DNA of 64,000 nucleotides, taken from a virus. The position numbers and the translations under genes were made by a program. Positions 30,014 through 40,205 of this stretch are shown here, piece by piece; position 1 is the first letter of the stretch; every line of letters begins with the position of its first letter. Under the pieces are notes generated by a model, which worked only from the letters and a program-made list of their open reading frames with translations, did no database searches and had not been told where the DNA came from. The stretch lies in IMG/VR virus record IMGVR_UViG_3300025141_012985, positions 20,178-84,177 of that record, one strand, 5' to 3'.

Positions 30014-30382
30014 ATGGATAGACTTGATGAAATGTTTGATCGAAGACATGAATTTATGGACGTCTTAAACCAAAAGATCCCAGGAGCTTCTCCACTAGAC
30101 CTAGATCTAAGTAAAAAAGAAGATCAGCAAATTTGTCGAGATGTTGCTCTTCGAGGTGTCGAAGAAATGTTCGAAGCTCTTCAGCATCTTAAAAACTGGA
30201 AGCCCCATAGAGTTACAGATATTTCTGGATTTGATAGAGAGAAATTTCTTGAAGAAATGGTAGATGCTTTCAATTATTTTTTCTCTCTACTCATTATGAC
30301 TGGATTTGACGCTGAAGATCTGTTTAGAGAATACTGTAGAAAAGATAGTGTAATTCATAAAAGACTAGAGGAGGGATATTAG
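30014..30382 (+). CDS. All-alpha NTP pyrophosphatase (dimeric dUTPase/dCTPase/MazG-like)
   Basis: EEMFEA...NWKPH...EEMVDAFNY...KDSVIHKR. Confidence 0.75.
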   Translation: MDRLDEMFDRRHEFMDVLNQKIPGASPLDLDLSKKEDQQICRDVALRGVEEMFEALQHLKNWKPHRVTDISGFDREKFLEEMVDAFNYFFSLLIMTGFDAEDLFREYCRKDSVIHKRLEEGY

Positions 30383-30391
30383 CGTCTTTCA

Positions 30392-30420
30392 TGTACTTTA
30401 GTATATACCTGAATTATAAT
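30392..30420 (+). promoter_or_regulatory. Class A promoter TGTACT-N17-TATAAT
   Basis: Intergenic, before AGGAGG. Confidence 0.6.
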
Positions 30421-30436
30421 AGATTTAGGAGGTATT

Positions 30437-31390
30437 ATGAGAGATTTAGGATATTTTTTTAATCGTCAGAATAAATTTTCTGATCTTTTCTTTAAAAGTG
30501 AAGACATGACTGAAGCAGAGAGAGAGGAGATGACAAAATCTCTTGCACTTGCTCTTCACGCTGAAGTTTCTGAACTGATAAGCGCAGTTAATTTTAAGGA
30601 CCATAGGCAGCTTAAGAATGCTGCTGATCCTTCAAAGATTCTATATGAATCAGTTGATGTTTTTAGGTACTTATTGGCAATTTTAAATCTTTGGAATATT
30701 GACCCTGGATCAGTCATAGATGCTTTTGATGATAAAGACATGTTTCTTCACATGAGACATCAAATAGAATCTCAATTTTGGGATGGACAACCCGTCCTTG
30801 TGTTTGATATTGATGACGTAATTGCACACTTTAGATCTAACTTTATCGACTGGCTTGAGTCTGAGAAGGGAATAGTTGTCGACAGTAAATCTACAGAGTA
30901 CTACACGACTATAGAAGTTAAAGAAGCTGGGCTGAATCCAGAAGAAGTGTTTGATGACTTTATAGCTGATCGAAATTTAAGACACCTTACATCCGACAGC
31001 GGGGTAGTTGATGTTATAAACTATTTTTATGACAAGGGTTGTTGGATTCAGCTTCTTACTGCAAGACCAGGAGATGTTCTTCAGTGCAAGTATGATACGT
31101 ATAGATGGCTTAGTACACTGGGTATGAAATTTCATAGAGTTGATTTTAGTGCTGAGAAGTACAGGTGGCTAACAAAATCCGAATATTTTGATTCCGGCCA
31201 GATTGTTTGTGCAATTGATGATTCAGCTAAGCACTCTGCTGAATATGCAAAGCATGGAGTCATAACACTTTCTCCAGTTACTTCATACAATAGAGAGCTG
31301 GAAGATGTTGAAGGTGTCATGATGTATTATGGCCCAAGTCAGCTAAAGACCCTTATTGACGCACTTCTAGTAAAGGGAAAATTTATATGA
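30437..31390 (+). CDS. Fusion of an all-alpha NTP pyrophosphatase and a HAD 5'-nucleotidase-like domain
   Basis: N-terminal EVSEL...NFKDH...ESVDVFRY; C-terminal FDIDDV, LTAR, IDD. Confidence 0.75.
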   Translation: MRDLGYFFNRQNKFSDLFFKSEDMTEAEREEMTKSLALALHAEVSELISAVNFKDHRQLKNAADPSKILYESVDVFRYLLAILNLWNIDPGSVIDAFDDKDMFLHMRHQIESQFWDGQPVLVFDIDDVIAHFRSNFIDWLESEKGIVVDSKSTEYYTTIEVKEAGLNPEEVFDDFIADRNLRHLTSDSGVVDVINYFYDKGCWIQLLTARPGDVLQCKYDTYRWLSTLGMKFHRVDFSAEKYRWLTKSEYFDSGQIVCAIDDSAKHSAEYAKHGVITLSPVTSYNRELEDVEGVMMYYGPSQLKTLIDALLVKGKFI

Positions 31391-31398
31391 AAAAGAGG

Positions 31399-31427
31399 TG
31401 AACAAAGGACCATTTTCGTGTAACAAT
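31399..31427 (+). promoter_or_regulatory. Class A promoter TGAACA...TAACAAT
   Basis: Intergenic, before the RBS AAGGAG. Confidence 0.45.
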
Positions 31428-31448
31428 CAATTATAAAAGGAGATATAA

Positions 31449-32450
31449 ATGCCCCAGAATCGTGATTTAGACCCAATTGAGCTTCCAATGAAGCTAAAGT
31501 TTGGTCAAGATCCTTCAACTGAATTTTTTAACAATCTTTCAGCTCTAACAGTTGAATTAGTTGACCACCCAACGAGAGAGCAAGCTCGAAATGTTGCATG
31601 GCAGTATGTCAAAGCAACATGGGCTGATCATGCTGATGATACATCACCCTATGTCGACGAGCTTCGACCCACTAGCCAGGATCTTTCAGAAAATCTTGAA
31701 GATGTTCTTTGTTTCAGGGCGCTTCCAACACCCATGGAGTGCTTTGGGTTTACATTTAAGCTTAGCGGGCTTTCTTTTCAGGAGGTCACTCATATTATTA
31801 GACATCGTGCAGGATCTTTTGCAGCACAGTGCACAGGTGATAGAGACCTAAGAGACGATCCTGCTGTCATACCAGAGGCAGTAGAAAATTCACCAGAATT
31901 TTTGAGAAGGTGGAAGCAGATTGTGCTAGACTCTAAGCAGCTCTATTCAGATATGACTGACTCAAAGGCGGTTTCAATGATGGATGCTAGAATGATTCTT
32001 CCAAAGTGTATGACATCTTTTTACTTAATGAGACTTAATCTCAAAGATCTGCTTGGGTTCATTAAGCAAAGACAAGATATTCAGATTCAACCCGCTGCAG
32101 ATAATCTTCTTGCTGCAATGATGGCAAAAGAACTCATTAAGGTTCTCCCCGAAGCTTCTGTGAGAATTGATTTTAACTCTCCAGACATGCACTACATAAA
32201 GACATTTCGAATAAAGCAGGGAGATAGGTGGATTAGTCGAGGAACAAATTTGTACTGGCCTGAGCCCAAGAATGATAGATTTGAATATCATCCAAGTGAC
32301 ACAATCTACCAGTCTCGTAGAGAAAAGATTAATGGAACAAATAGACCTAGCGGTCCAACTAAATTTGAGAAGATATGGAATGATATTATGGATGAAATTT
32401 CTACAATGAAGATTTCATATAAAAATTACATGAATGGAGAATGTACATGA
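31449..32450 (+). CDS. Divergent ThyX-fold flavin-dependent enzyme
   Basis: FTFKLSGLS...RHRAGSFAAQCTGDR...DARMILP...NLKDL...QR. The Ser of RHRx7S is Cys. Confidence 0.8.
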   Translation: MPQNRDLDPIELPMKLKFGQDPSTEFFNNLSALTVELVDHPTREQARNVAWQYVKATWADHADDTSPYVDELRPTSQDLSENLEDVLCFRALPTPMECFGFTFKLSGLSFQEVTHIIRHRAGSFAAQCTGDRDLRDDPAVIPEAVENSPEFLRRWKQIVLDSKQLYSDMTDSKAVSMMDARMILPKCMTSFYLMRLNLKDLLGFIKQRQDIQIQPAADNLLAAMMAKELIKVLPEASVRIDFNSPDMHYIKTFRIKQGDRWISRGTNLYWPEPKNDRFEYHPSDTIYQSRREKINGTNRPSGPTKFEKIWNDIMDEISTMKISYKNYMNGECT

Positions 32451-32887
32451 AAGCGTATATTGCAAGCTCTTGGTTCACACCGGCTGCATTTGAAGAAGTT
32501 GAAACAATTAAGTCACTTTTAACAAAACACAGGTTTGATTATTTTTCACCTAAGGATTTTTTTATATGTCCCCCAACAGCTGATCTTAAGACACAAAGGG
32601 AAACATTTGAAGGAAATGTTGAGCATATTCTTGGAAATGATTTTGTAATTTGTAATACACGAGACAAGGATATGGGAAGTATATTTGAAGCTGGTGTTGC
32701 ATTTCAATCTGATACTCCAATAGTTTATTTTTGTGCAGGACTTCCAGAGGGAGCAACATTTAATCTAATGTTAGCACAGTCAGGCGTGAAGGTTTGTACT
32801 TCTTTTGATGACCTGGATGACTATCTCTCTAGATGTGCTGATTTAGAAATGCTTATTATTGAGCCGTATTATGGAAGTATCGAATAA
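32441..32887 (+). CDS. Nucleoside 2-deoxyribosyltransferase / N-glycosidase family protein
   Basis: YIASSWF, FSP, DMGSIFEAG (catalytic Glu), NLML. Confidence 0.8.
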   Translation: MYMKAYIASSWFTPAAFEEVETIKSLLTKHRFDYFSPKDFFICPPTADLKTQRETFEGNVEHILGNDFVICNTRDKDMGSIFEAGVAFQSDTPIVYFCAGLPEGATFNLMLAQSGVKVCTSFDDLDDYLSRCADLEMLIIEPYYGSIE

Positions 32888-33128
32888 AGTATTTGCTCTC
32901 ATACGATATGAGGGATCTTTTAAAAGTTTAGTTGGAATATTTTCTACATGCGAGTGTGCAAAAGAAGAAGTAGAAAAAGAAGATAGGCGTGATGTTCTAT
33001 TTTCCATTCAAGAGAGGGTGATAAATTCTACCAATGAACCAGAATATGAAATAGAAGTCAAATATGCACTGGATGGTCAAAAATCTGAGATGATAGTAAC
33101 AAGAAACTCTGTTGAGAATAATAGTTGA
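32859..33128 (+). CDS. Hypothetical protein
   Basis: Fills the gap between coupled genes. Confidence 0.45.
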   Translation: MSRIMEVSNKVFALIRYEGSFKSLVGIFSTCECAKEEVEKEDRRDVLFSIQERVINSTNEPEYEIEVKYALDGQKSEMIVTRNSVENNS

Positions 33129-34195
33129 AAAAAGATTATTATGACTTACTGGGTGTCAAGAGAGATTCATCTCAGAGCGAGATCAAGAAAGCGTATAGAC
33201 AGCTAGCTTTAAAGCATCATCCCGATAAAAATCCAGATAATCCGAGTGCAGAATTAAAATTTAAAGAAGCTGCAGAGGCGTATTCTGTTCTTTCTGATAG
33301 TGAAAAAAGAAAGAATTATGACATGTACGGTCACGACGGCGTTGAACACAGCTTTTCTGGATTTGACCCTAGAGATATCTTTGGTCATTTTGAGAATATG
33401 TTTGGAGGATTTGATCATTTCTCCGATAGACAGAGAAGATGGCGAAATGTTAGACAAAGAGGTTCTGATACTAGATTTAAGGTAAAGATAGATCTTGAAG
33501 AAGTTTTGTCTGGATGTAGTAGAAAAGTTCTCATTAAAAAAATAGTCAGCTGTCAGATCTGCAAGGGCCAAGGGTTCAAAGATAAATCAGACACTACTAG
33601 ATGTGCACAGTGTAAGGGATCAGGAAGAATTCAGCAAGCTGTTAGAGGATTTATGACAATTGCATCTCCCTGTCACTCTTGTGCCGGACATGGATTTGTC
33701 GTTACCAAGACATGCAAGTGCTGTCACGGATCTGGAGCAATAAAAGAAAGAAAGGATATCAACGTCACAATACCACCAGGTGTTCATACAGGAAATATTC
33801 TTAAGCTTTCTGGAATGGGAAATAAAGAGTCAACAGCAGAAATAGCAGGAGACGCACTCATAGAAATTGAAGTCAATGAGCATTCAAAGTTCCATCGAAA
33901 AGGTGTCGACATTCACAGCCACACCTCTATCTCATATAGCGAAGCAGTCCTCGGAACAAGGATAAGTGTCGGGTGTCTCGATGGAAAGTCTGCAATAACG
34001 ATCCCGCCGGGAATACAGCCGGGAGAGATAGTCGAGATAAGCGGGGAAGGCCTACCTGTAAAGTTAAACTCTTCAGACAGGGGAGTACATCATGTTCATA
34101 TTTCAGTAAGTGTTCCTAAAGAAATATCACAAGAAGAAAGAGAATTGATTGAAAATCTAGAGTCTCTAAGGCTTAGAAAAAGATTTATTGATTGA
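33125..34195 (+). CDS. dnaJ: Chaperone DnaJ
   Basis: J domain with HPD, G/F region, four CxxCxGxG repeats, C-terminal domain. Confidence 0.95.
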   Translation: MKKDYYDLLGVKRDSSQSEIKKAYRQLALKHHPDKNPDNPSAELKFKEAAEAYSVLSDSEKRKNYDMYGHDGVEHSFSGFDPRDIFGHFENMFGGFDHFSDRQRRWRNVRQRGSDTRFKVKIDLEEVLSGCSRKVLIKKIVSCQICKGQGFKDKSDTTRCAQCKGSGRIQQAVRGFMTIASPCHSCAGHGFVVTKTCKCCHGSGAIKERKDINVTIPPGVHTGNILKLSGMGNKESTAEIAGDALIEIEVNEHSKFHRKGVDIHSHTSISYSEAVLGTRISVGCLDGKSAITIPPGIQPGEIVEISGEGLPVKLNSSDRGVHHVHISVSVPKEISQEERELIENLESLRLRKRFID

Positions 34196-34205
34196 CCCTA
34201 TTTCA

Positions 34206-34233
34206 TGTAAATTTCTTCAATTTGGTTTAAAAT
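34206..34233 (+). promoter_or_regulatory. Class A promoter TGTAAA-N16-TAAAAT
   Basis: Before the AGGAGG of dnaE. Confidence 0.55.
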
Positions 34234-34248
34234 TATCATAGGAGGTAG

Positions 34249-37200
34249 TTGATAGTGTTTAATAAGTTTTCTGTGCCCAAGAGATTCGTAGGTCTTCATG
34301 CACATGATGGTAGTTCTGTATACGATGGTCTTGGATATCCCAATGAACATATCGATTTTGTTCTTGAAAACGGGATGGATGCTTTTGCATTAACAAATCA
34401 CGGACATATGAATTCTTCTGCTCATGCTCACAATTATGCTAAGAAGCTAAAGAATAAGGGCATGGGATATAGGCATATCTACGGATGTGAATGCTATTTC
34501 GTAGATGACCTAGATGAATGGAGAAGCGACTATAATGAGTATCGAGAAAAAGTTAGACAGGAAAAGGTGCTTCAAAAGAAATCAAAGAGTGAGATATCTG
34601 AGGGTGATGAGAGTGAAGGTCTAGTCATTGAGAATGAAGATGAATCAAAGGCAGATCGTGGAACGTACCCATCGTGGAAGAAGCGGTACCATCTTGTAGT
34701 TCTTGCTAAGAACTATAAAGGGCTGCAGAATCTCTTTAGATTGGTCAAGAGATCATACAAGGAAGGGTTCTATAGGTTTCCTCGTATTGATTACAAGATG
34801 CTCAAAGAGCACTCTGAGGGACTTATAGTCTCAACAGCTTGTGTTGGGGGTCGGCCGTCTGGCCATATATTCCAACACTTTGAAGGAAAGAGCTTTAATG
34901 AACTAACTCCTGATCTCGTAGATGACCCAGTCGTTCTCAATCAAATTATGAGAAAGCTTGAGAATATGACAGATAGATTTGTTGATGCTGTAGGCGAGGA
35001 AAATTTCTTTCTTGAAATTCAATTCAATGACCTTGTTGCTCAAAATCTTGCCAATAGGTGCATCATTAATCTTTCTGAAAAGACAGGGATCCCACTTCTT
35101 GCAACAGCTGATTCCCACTACTGTAACCCAGATATGTGGGAAGCAAGAGAGATGTATAGGCTGCTTGGAAGAATGGGGTCTCGTGGAGATGAAATGCCCA
35201 AGATTCCTAAAAAGGAAGATTTAAAGTGTGAGCTCTATCCTAAAAATGCACAGCAGATGTGGGATGAATTTGGAAAGAGTTACGATAAATATGACTTCTA
35301 CAAGGGTAGCGAAGAAGCTGTTCGCGGAGCAATTGAGAAATCTTACGGAATTGCATGGGATATGTGTGAAGAAGTCTGGTTTGACGGATCAGCAAAACTT
35401 CCAAACTTTGGAACGCCTGAGAAATCTGCGTTTGCCCAGCTAGTTGAACAGGTAAAAGAGGGAATGGTTAAAGATGGTCTTCATGAAAAACCTGAGTACG
35501 TCGAACGAGTAAGGGAGGAAATGTCTGTCATCAAGAAGCTAGGGTTTGAGAATTACTTTTTAACACTAACTAAGGTATTTGAAAAGTCACAACATAGAAC
35601 TCTACTCGGGCCAGGTCGAGGATCCGGAGGCGGAAGCCTGGTCAATTATGTCCTTGGGATTACACATATTGATCCAATTCAGTATGGCCTTCTATTTGAG
35701 AGGTTTCTAGGTATTCACAAAGCATCATGGCCTGATATTGACTCTGATGTAGGTGATAGAGATGTTCTTATTGACGTTTCTCGTGAGCTTTTTGGTGAAG
35801 ACTCTGTCATACCTGTTTCTAATTTTAATACTTTGAAGTTAAAATCCCTTATCAAGGATGTCTCTAAGTTCTATGGAATTCCGTTTGATAAGATAAATGC
35901 TCTAACTGGACCACTTGAGAGAGAGGTTATGCCACGAGCCATGGGTGATCATGAAGAAAGGTCTACGTATGTCTTAACACACGAAGACTGTATGAAGTAT
36001 AGTGATCCCTATAAAGAGTTCATGGATGAATATCCAAAGATTGCAGAGCATATTAAGTCCTTATTTATGGAGCCAAGGTCGATCGGTCGACATGCAGGAG
36101 GTGTTCTAGTATGTCCAGATCTTGAGAGCAGCATGCCAGTCATTAAGGTCAGGGGCGAACTTCAAACACCCTGGTCTGAGGGAATGAACTGGAGGCATCT
36201 TGAAGAGAATGGATTTCTCAAGTTTGACTTTCTAGGACTTGCAACGCTTAAGATGGTAGAAGATTCCATCAGACTTATCCTAAGAAATCAGGGAGTAGAA
36301 AATCCTACATTTGATGATATCAATAAATTCTTTGATGAAAATATAAACAGTAGATTTCATAAGATGGATGATCAAAAAGTCTGGGAATATGTTTACCATG
36401 ATGGAAGGTTTGTCCAGGTTTTTCAATTCACAAATACAGGCGCTAGAAACTTCTGTGTTGCAGCAAAGCCCAGGTCAATTGAAGATCTTGCTACAATCAC
36501 TGCAATCTATCGTCCAGGGCCCCTTGCTGCAAACGTTCACAGGAAGTATGTAAGAGCAGGCAAGGATATTGAAAATATCACATATGACCACCCTGTCCTT
36601 GAAGAACTTTTAAGTGAAAGTCGAGGATTTGTCGTCTTCCAGGAGCAGTTTATGCTTATTGCTCAAAATCTTTGCGGATTCGACAAGGGAGCATCAGATA
36701 AGATGAGAAAGACTCTTGTCAAGAAGTCTCTCGATATGAATGAAAAGAAGGCAAAAGAAAGGGCTGACCTAAGAAAGAAATTCATTACAGGCGCTGTTGA
36801 TCTATCTGGAATGGAAGAGGATAAAGCGACTAAGCTTTATGAAACAATCGAGGCATTCTCTGCTTACGGATTCAATAAATCACATGCTGTTGCATACGCC
36901 GTTGATTCGTACTATTCCGCATGGCTTCACACATACTATGAGAAGGAGTGGCTTGCCACATGTCTTCAGACATGGAATGGATCTCCAAAGTTTGCAAAGA
37001 TCATAGCTGAGATTAAGTCGCTAGGGTATAAGATTCTTCAACCAGACATTAACGCCTCTTCAGACGTATGGGTATATAGTGATGAAAGAGAGGGATTTGT
37101 TCCACCGCTTACTGCAATTAAGGGTGTTGGTGACTCTGCTGTTGCTGAGATTATGCAAAATAGACCCTATGATTCTCTTGATGATATTCTGTTTACAGAG

Positions 37201-37839
37201 GATGGAAAGTGGAAGTCTTCCAAGCTGAACAAGACAGCATTTGACTCTCTTTGCAAGGTCGAGGCTTTTGGCAGTGTGTCAGAAATGTCTAGCGGAGAGA
37301 TTCAAAATCATAGACAGCTTCATGATATTATTGTTGGAAACTATGATCAGCTGAAGAAAGGCAGATACGGGATGACAAAAACAGCGCATAAGAAACTGCT
37401 TAAGACACAAGGCTCTGTTGAAGAGTTTGTTCCTAAGTTGATCATTGATAACTACGGATCTTCAGACTGGTCTAGAACGCTTAAGATAGGGTTTAGTGTT
37501 GAGCTAATGTCAGGTGCAGATGAGTCTCTTGTCTTTCCTCCTAAAATAATGGAAAAGATTAAGAAGTCTGAACTTAAGCCGATTACTGCACTCTCTGGAA
37601 AGACAAAGGATGTAGTCTGGTTCTGCATTCAGGAAATTATTGAGAAGAAGACCAAAAATGGAAAGATATTCTACAGAATGAGAGTCTGTGATAATAATTC
37701 TGAAAGCTGCTGGCTCAGAGTGTGGACAAAGTTTAAAGAGGTTCCAGACCCATATACGATATGGATTGCAGAAGTTGCATCAACTGAGTCATGGGGGTGT
37801 AGTACATCTTCCTATAAGATGTGGAAGATTAATGTGTGA
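34249..37839 (+). CDS. dnaE: DNA polymerase III alpha subunit
   Basis: PHP domain (LHAH, TNHG, DSHY), GRGSGGGS, PDIDSD, KFDFLGL, YGFNKSHA. Confidence 0.95.
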   Translation: MIVFNKFSVPKRFVGLHAHDGSSVYDGLGYPNEHIDFVLENGMDAFALTNHGHMNSSAHAHNYAKKLKNKGMGYRHIYGCECYFVDDLDEWRSDYNEYREKVRQEKVLQKKSKSEISEGDESEGLVIENEDESKADRGTYPSWKKRYHLVVLAKNYKGLQNLFRLVKRSYKEGFYRFPRIDYKMLKEHSEGLIVSTACVGGRPSGHIFQHFEGKSFNELTPDLVDDPVVLNQIMRKLENMTDRFVDAVGEENFFLEIQFNDLVAQNLANRCIINLSEKTGIPLLATADSHYCNPDMWEAREMYRLLGRMGSRGDEMPKIPKKEDLKCELYPKNAQQMWDEFGKSYDKYDFYKGSEEAVRGAIEKSYGIAWDMCEEVWFDGSAKLPNFGTPEKSAFAQLVEQVKEGMVKDGLHEKPEYVERVREEMSVIKKLGFENYFLTLTKVFEKSQHRTLLGPGRGSGGGSLVNYVLGITHIDPIQYGLLFERFLGIHKASWPDIDSDVGDRDVLIDVSRELFGEDSVIPVSNFNTLKLKSLIKDVSKFYGIPFDKINALTGPLEREVMPRAMGDHEERSTYVLTHEDCMKYSDPYKEFMDEYPKIAEHIKSLFMEPRSIGRHAGGVLVCPDLESSMPVIKVRGELQTPWSEGMNWRHLEENGFLKFDFLGLATLKMVEDSIRLILRNQGVENPTFDDINKFFDENINSRFHKMDDQKVWEYVYHDGRFVQVFQFTNTGARNFCVAAKPRSIEDLATITAIYRPGPLAANVHRKYVRAGKDIENITYDHPVLEELLSESRGFVVFQEQFMLIAQNLCGFDKGASDKMRKTLVKKSLDMNEKKAKERADLRKKFITGAVDLSGMEEDKATKLYETIEAFSAYGFNKSHAVAYAVDSYYSAWLHTYYEKEWLATCLQTWNGSPKFAKIIAEIKSLGYKILQPDINASSDVWVYSDEREGFVPPLTAIKGVGDSAVAEIMQNRPYDSLDDILFTEDGKWKSSKLNKTAFDSLCKVEAFGSVSEMSSGEIQNHRQLHDIIVGNYDQLKKGRYGMTKTAHKKLLKTQGSVEEFVPKLIIDNYGSSDWSRTLKIGFSVELMSGADESLVFPPKIMEKIKKSELKPITALSGKTKDVVWFCIQEIIEKKTKNGKIFYRMRVCDNNSESCWLRVWTKFKEVPDPYTIWIAEVASTESWGCSTSSYKMWKINV

Positions 37840-37848
37840 GGTATTAAA

Positions 37849-38757
37849 ATGCTAACGTTTCCAATTAACATGATTTCAATAGAGGGGCCAGACCTTTCTG
37901 GAAAGACAACCCTAATCAATGACATTCACAAGAAGACGAATTATCGGTGGCATCTAATGGATAGGTCAAAGCTTTCTAGAATGGTGTTTGCCAAGATGTA
38001 TGATAGAGACGTTGAACAAACTACAAGAGAGTTCTACGAAGAAGTTAGTAATCTAAACAATAGATGTGTCTTTTTAATGCCCACATTCGAAGTTCTGGAG
38101 GAGAGATACAAAACTCGTGGTGATGAAATTCATACAATTGATACGCTAAGAGAGTCATACAATTTATTTTTTAAAGAATTTACTAGACTCCCATCTTTAT
38201 CAAACGTCTATGGAATTATGAATGGTTCGTCTGGAAGATTAAGTAATATGGTTATTGACTATCACAATTGCATTGAAAAGTATCTAACACTCAAAGAGGT
38301 CTATGGTCAAGTACAAAATTTTGTCAAGCACTTTCCGAACAACGAATGCAATCAGCTAACATTCACGCTTCACGACAGCGGTGAGTTTAAAGAGTCAAAC
38401 ATAGCCTCTATGAGTGAAAAATCAGAAAAAGAATACTATCATAGAATTTATGACTCTTTAATGAATAAAATTGATGATGAACAGTCTGGAAAGAATCCAT
38501 ACTCAAGAAAAGAAGGTTTAGATTCAAGAAGGTATGTCTTTACAGAAGACACATGCATCTCAATGATTCATATTTTGAATAGGGATTCTGTTCTAGATGT
38601 GCGATTTGTTTGTAGATCTACTGATATTAATAATAAGTTTGAACATGATTTAAATTTCTTATACTTTATAGCTTCAGAGTGCTGGAATTTGCTTGGTGGT
38701 GGATGTAATTTTTGCAAAATGCATTTCACCTTAAACTCTGCACACATTCTTGAGTAA
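37849..38757 (+). CDS. Fusion of a dNMP kinase and a truncated thymidylate-synthase-fold domain (dCMP-type Asp)
   Basis: EGPDLSGKTT and DRS kinase motifs; C-terminal SRR...TCIS...RSTDINNKFEHD...SAH. Confidence 0.75.
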   Translation: MLTFPINMISIEGPDLSGKTTLINDIHKKTNYRWHLMDRSKLSRMVFAKMYDRDVEQTTREFYEEVSNLNNRCVFLMPTFEVLEERYKTRGDEIHTIDTLRESYNLFFKEFTRLPSLSNVYGIMNGSSGRLSNMVIDYHNCIEKYLTLKEVYGQVQNFVKHFPNNECNQLTFTLHDSGEFKESNIASMSEKSEKEYYHRIYDSLMNKIDDEQSGKNPYSRKEGLDSRRYVFTEDTCISMIHILNRDSVLDVRFVCRSTDINNKFEHDLNFLYFIASECWNLLGGGCNFCKMHFTLNSAHILE

Positions 38758-38776
38758 AATATAGTGAGGTAGAAAT

Positions 38777-39781
38777 ATGGAAAAGAGAGCTTTAGTTACG
38801 GGTGGGTGTGGATTCATCGGTTCAAATCTGACAAGAGAGCTTATTAAGCAGGGCTGGATGGTCGACATTGTAGATGACATGTCGAATGGTCACCTGGAGC
38901 TTCTAGAGGGATTAAATTTTAGAGTCATTCCCAGTTCAGAGTTTCTTATTGAGTTTAATAAGCAGTCTGGAAGGGGAAGGGAAACAGTTGTCGTTATTCA
39001 AGATGACTTTGCATCTCCGGGAATATCATATCAGATATCTAAAAAGATGTATGATGTTGTGTTCCACCAAGCTGCGATCCCTAGAGTTTTATTTTCTGTT
39101 GAAAATCCTGCAATGACAACAGATACAAATATTGGATCAACAGTTAAATTATTTGAAGCCTGCATCGGAAATGTTAAAAGAATTGTCTGGGCTTCATCCT
39201 CTTCAGTGTACGGAGGTGCTGATTTGATGCCTACTTCTGAGGATCATCCGAAGGATCCTAAATCTCCATACGCCTGGCAGAAATCTTCAATAGAAGATCT
39301 GTCTAGAGTTTTTTGCAATCTCTACAATATTGATATTGTATGCTTAAGATATTTTAACGTTTTTGGTCCAGGACAGTACGGAGATTCTCCCTATTCCACT
39401 GCAGTTTCTGCATGGTGCAATGCCATCTTAGAGGGAACACCCTTGAGAAGTGACGGTGACGGAACACAGTCAAGAGATCTTTGCTACATTGACAATGTCG
39501 TTCAGGCAAATATTTTAGCTGCAAATCGTGACGAAAGCTTTGAGGGACAATATTATAATATTGCGTGCGGAGATCGAACGACAAATAATCAAATTCTTAA
39601 TTTCTTTAAAGATAGATTTTCTAATGTTGAAGTAGTCAATGCACCGTGGAGACCTGGAGATGTCATGCACACACAGGCTGATATTACAAGAGCTAGGGAG
39701 GATTTTGGATACGAACCTGTTGTGAGAATTTGGGAAGGACTAGAAAAAACGGTCGAGTGGTGGGATCTAAAGGATGAGTAA
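38777..39781 (+). CDS. NAD-dependent nucleotide-sugar epimerase/dehydratase
   Basis: TGGCGFIG, SSSSVYG, YAWQK, LRYFNVFGP. Confidence 0.9.
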   Translation: MEKRALVTGGCGFIGSNLTRELIKQGWMVDIVDDMSNGHLELLEGLNFRVIPSSEFLIEFNKQSGRGRETVVVIQDDFASPGISYQISKKMYDVVFHQAAIPRVLFSVENPAMTTDTNIGSTVKLFEACIGNVKRIVWASSSSVYGGADLMPTSEDHPKDPKSPYAWQKSSIEDLSRVFCNLYNIDIVCLRYFNVFGPGQYGDSPYSTAVSAWCNAILEGTPLRSDGDGTQSRDLCYIDNVVQANILAANRDESFEGQYYNIACGDRTTNNQILNFFKDRFSNVEVVNAPWRPGDVMHTQADITRAREDFGYEPVVRIWEGLEKTVEWWDLKDE

Positions 39782-40205
39782 GGGAATTTGGAGAGGTAAT
39801 TCTTCCAGACATATAAAGCCCTGGGGGGAAGAGGTTACCTGGGTAGGACCAAGTGCCTATGGAAAGATTTTAACAGTTAGCTCAGGAAAGAGCCTAAGCT
39901 TTAAGATGAATAAGGTTAAAACTGAGACACTATTTGTCGTCCAGGGAAGAATAATAGTTCAGTGTGCTGATCAAGGGTTCTTTGAAGATCCACCAAACTA
40001 TCCAATGCGTGAAATGGTGTGTACTCAAGGGGAGTGTCTAAGCATTCAGTCTGAATGTCCATATAGAATAACTGCAGAAATTGATTCAATAATATTTGAA
40101 ATAGGGGACATGCCGCATGATGCATCCTTTAGAATTATAGATGACTATGGCAGAGAAGACAAGTCTCTTTCACATCTTGCGGAGATTATAATTGAGAATT
40201 CCTGA
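39774..40205 (+). CDS. Cupin (mannose-6-phosphate isomerase C-terminal-like)
   Basis: KPWG...KIL...SLS...KxETL; ends DDYGR. Confidence 0.65.
   Translation: MSKGIWRGNSSRHIKPWGEEVTWVGPSAYGKILTVSSGKSLSFKMNKVKTETLFVVQGRIIVQCADQGFFEDPPNYPMREMVCTQGECLSIQSECPYRITAEIDSIIFEIGDMPHDASFRIIDDYGREDKSLSHLAEIIIENS

Noticed and set aside
31449-32450. Calling this gene thyX outright
   Set aside because: Several catalytic and substrate-binding residues differ, so only the fold is supported.
34249-37839. Inteins or introns in dnaE, nrdJ, recA or the helicase
   Set aside because: Lengths are normal, and no intein termini or homing-endonuclease motifs were seen.
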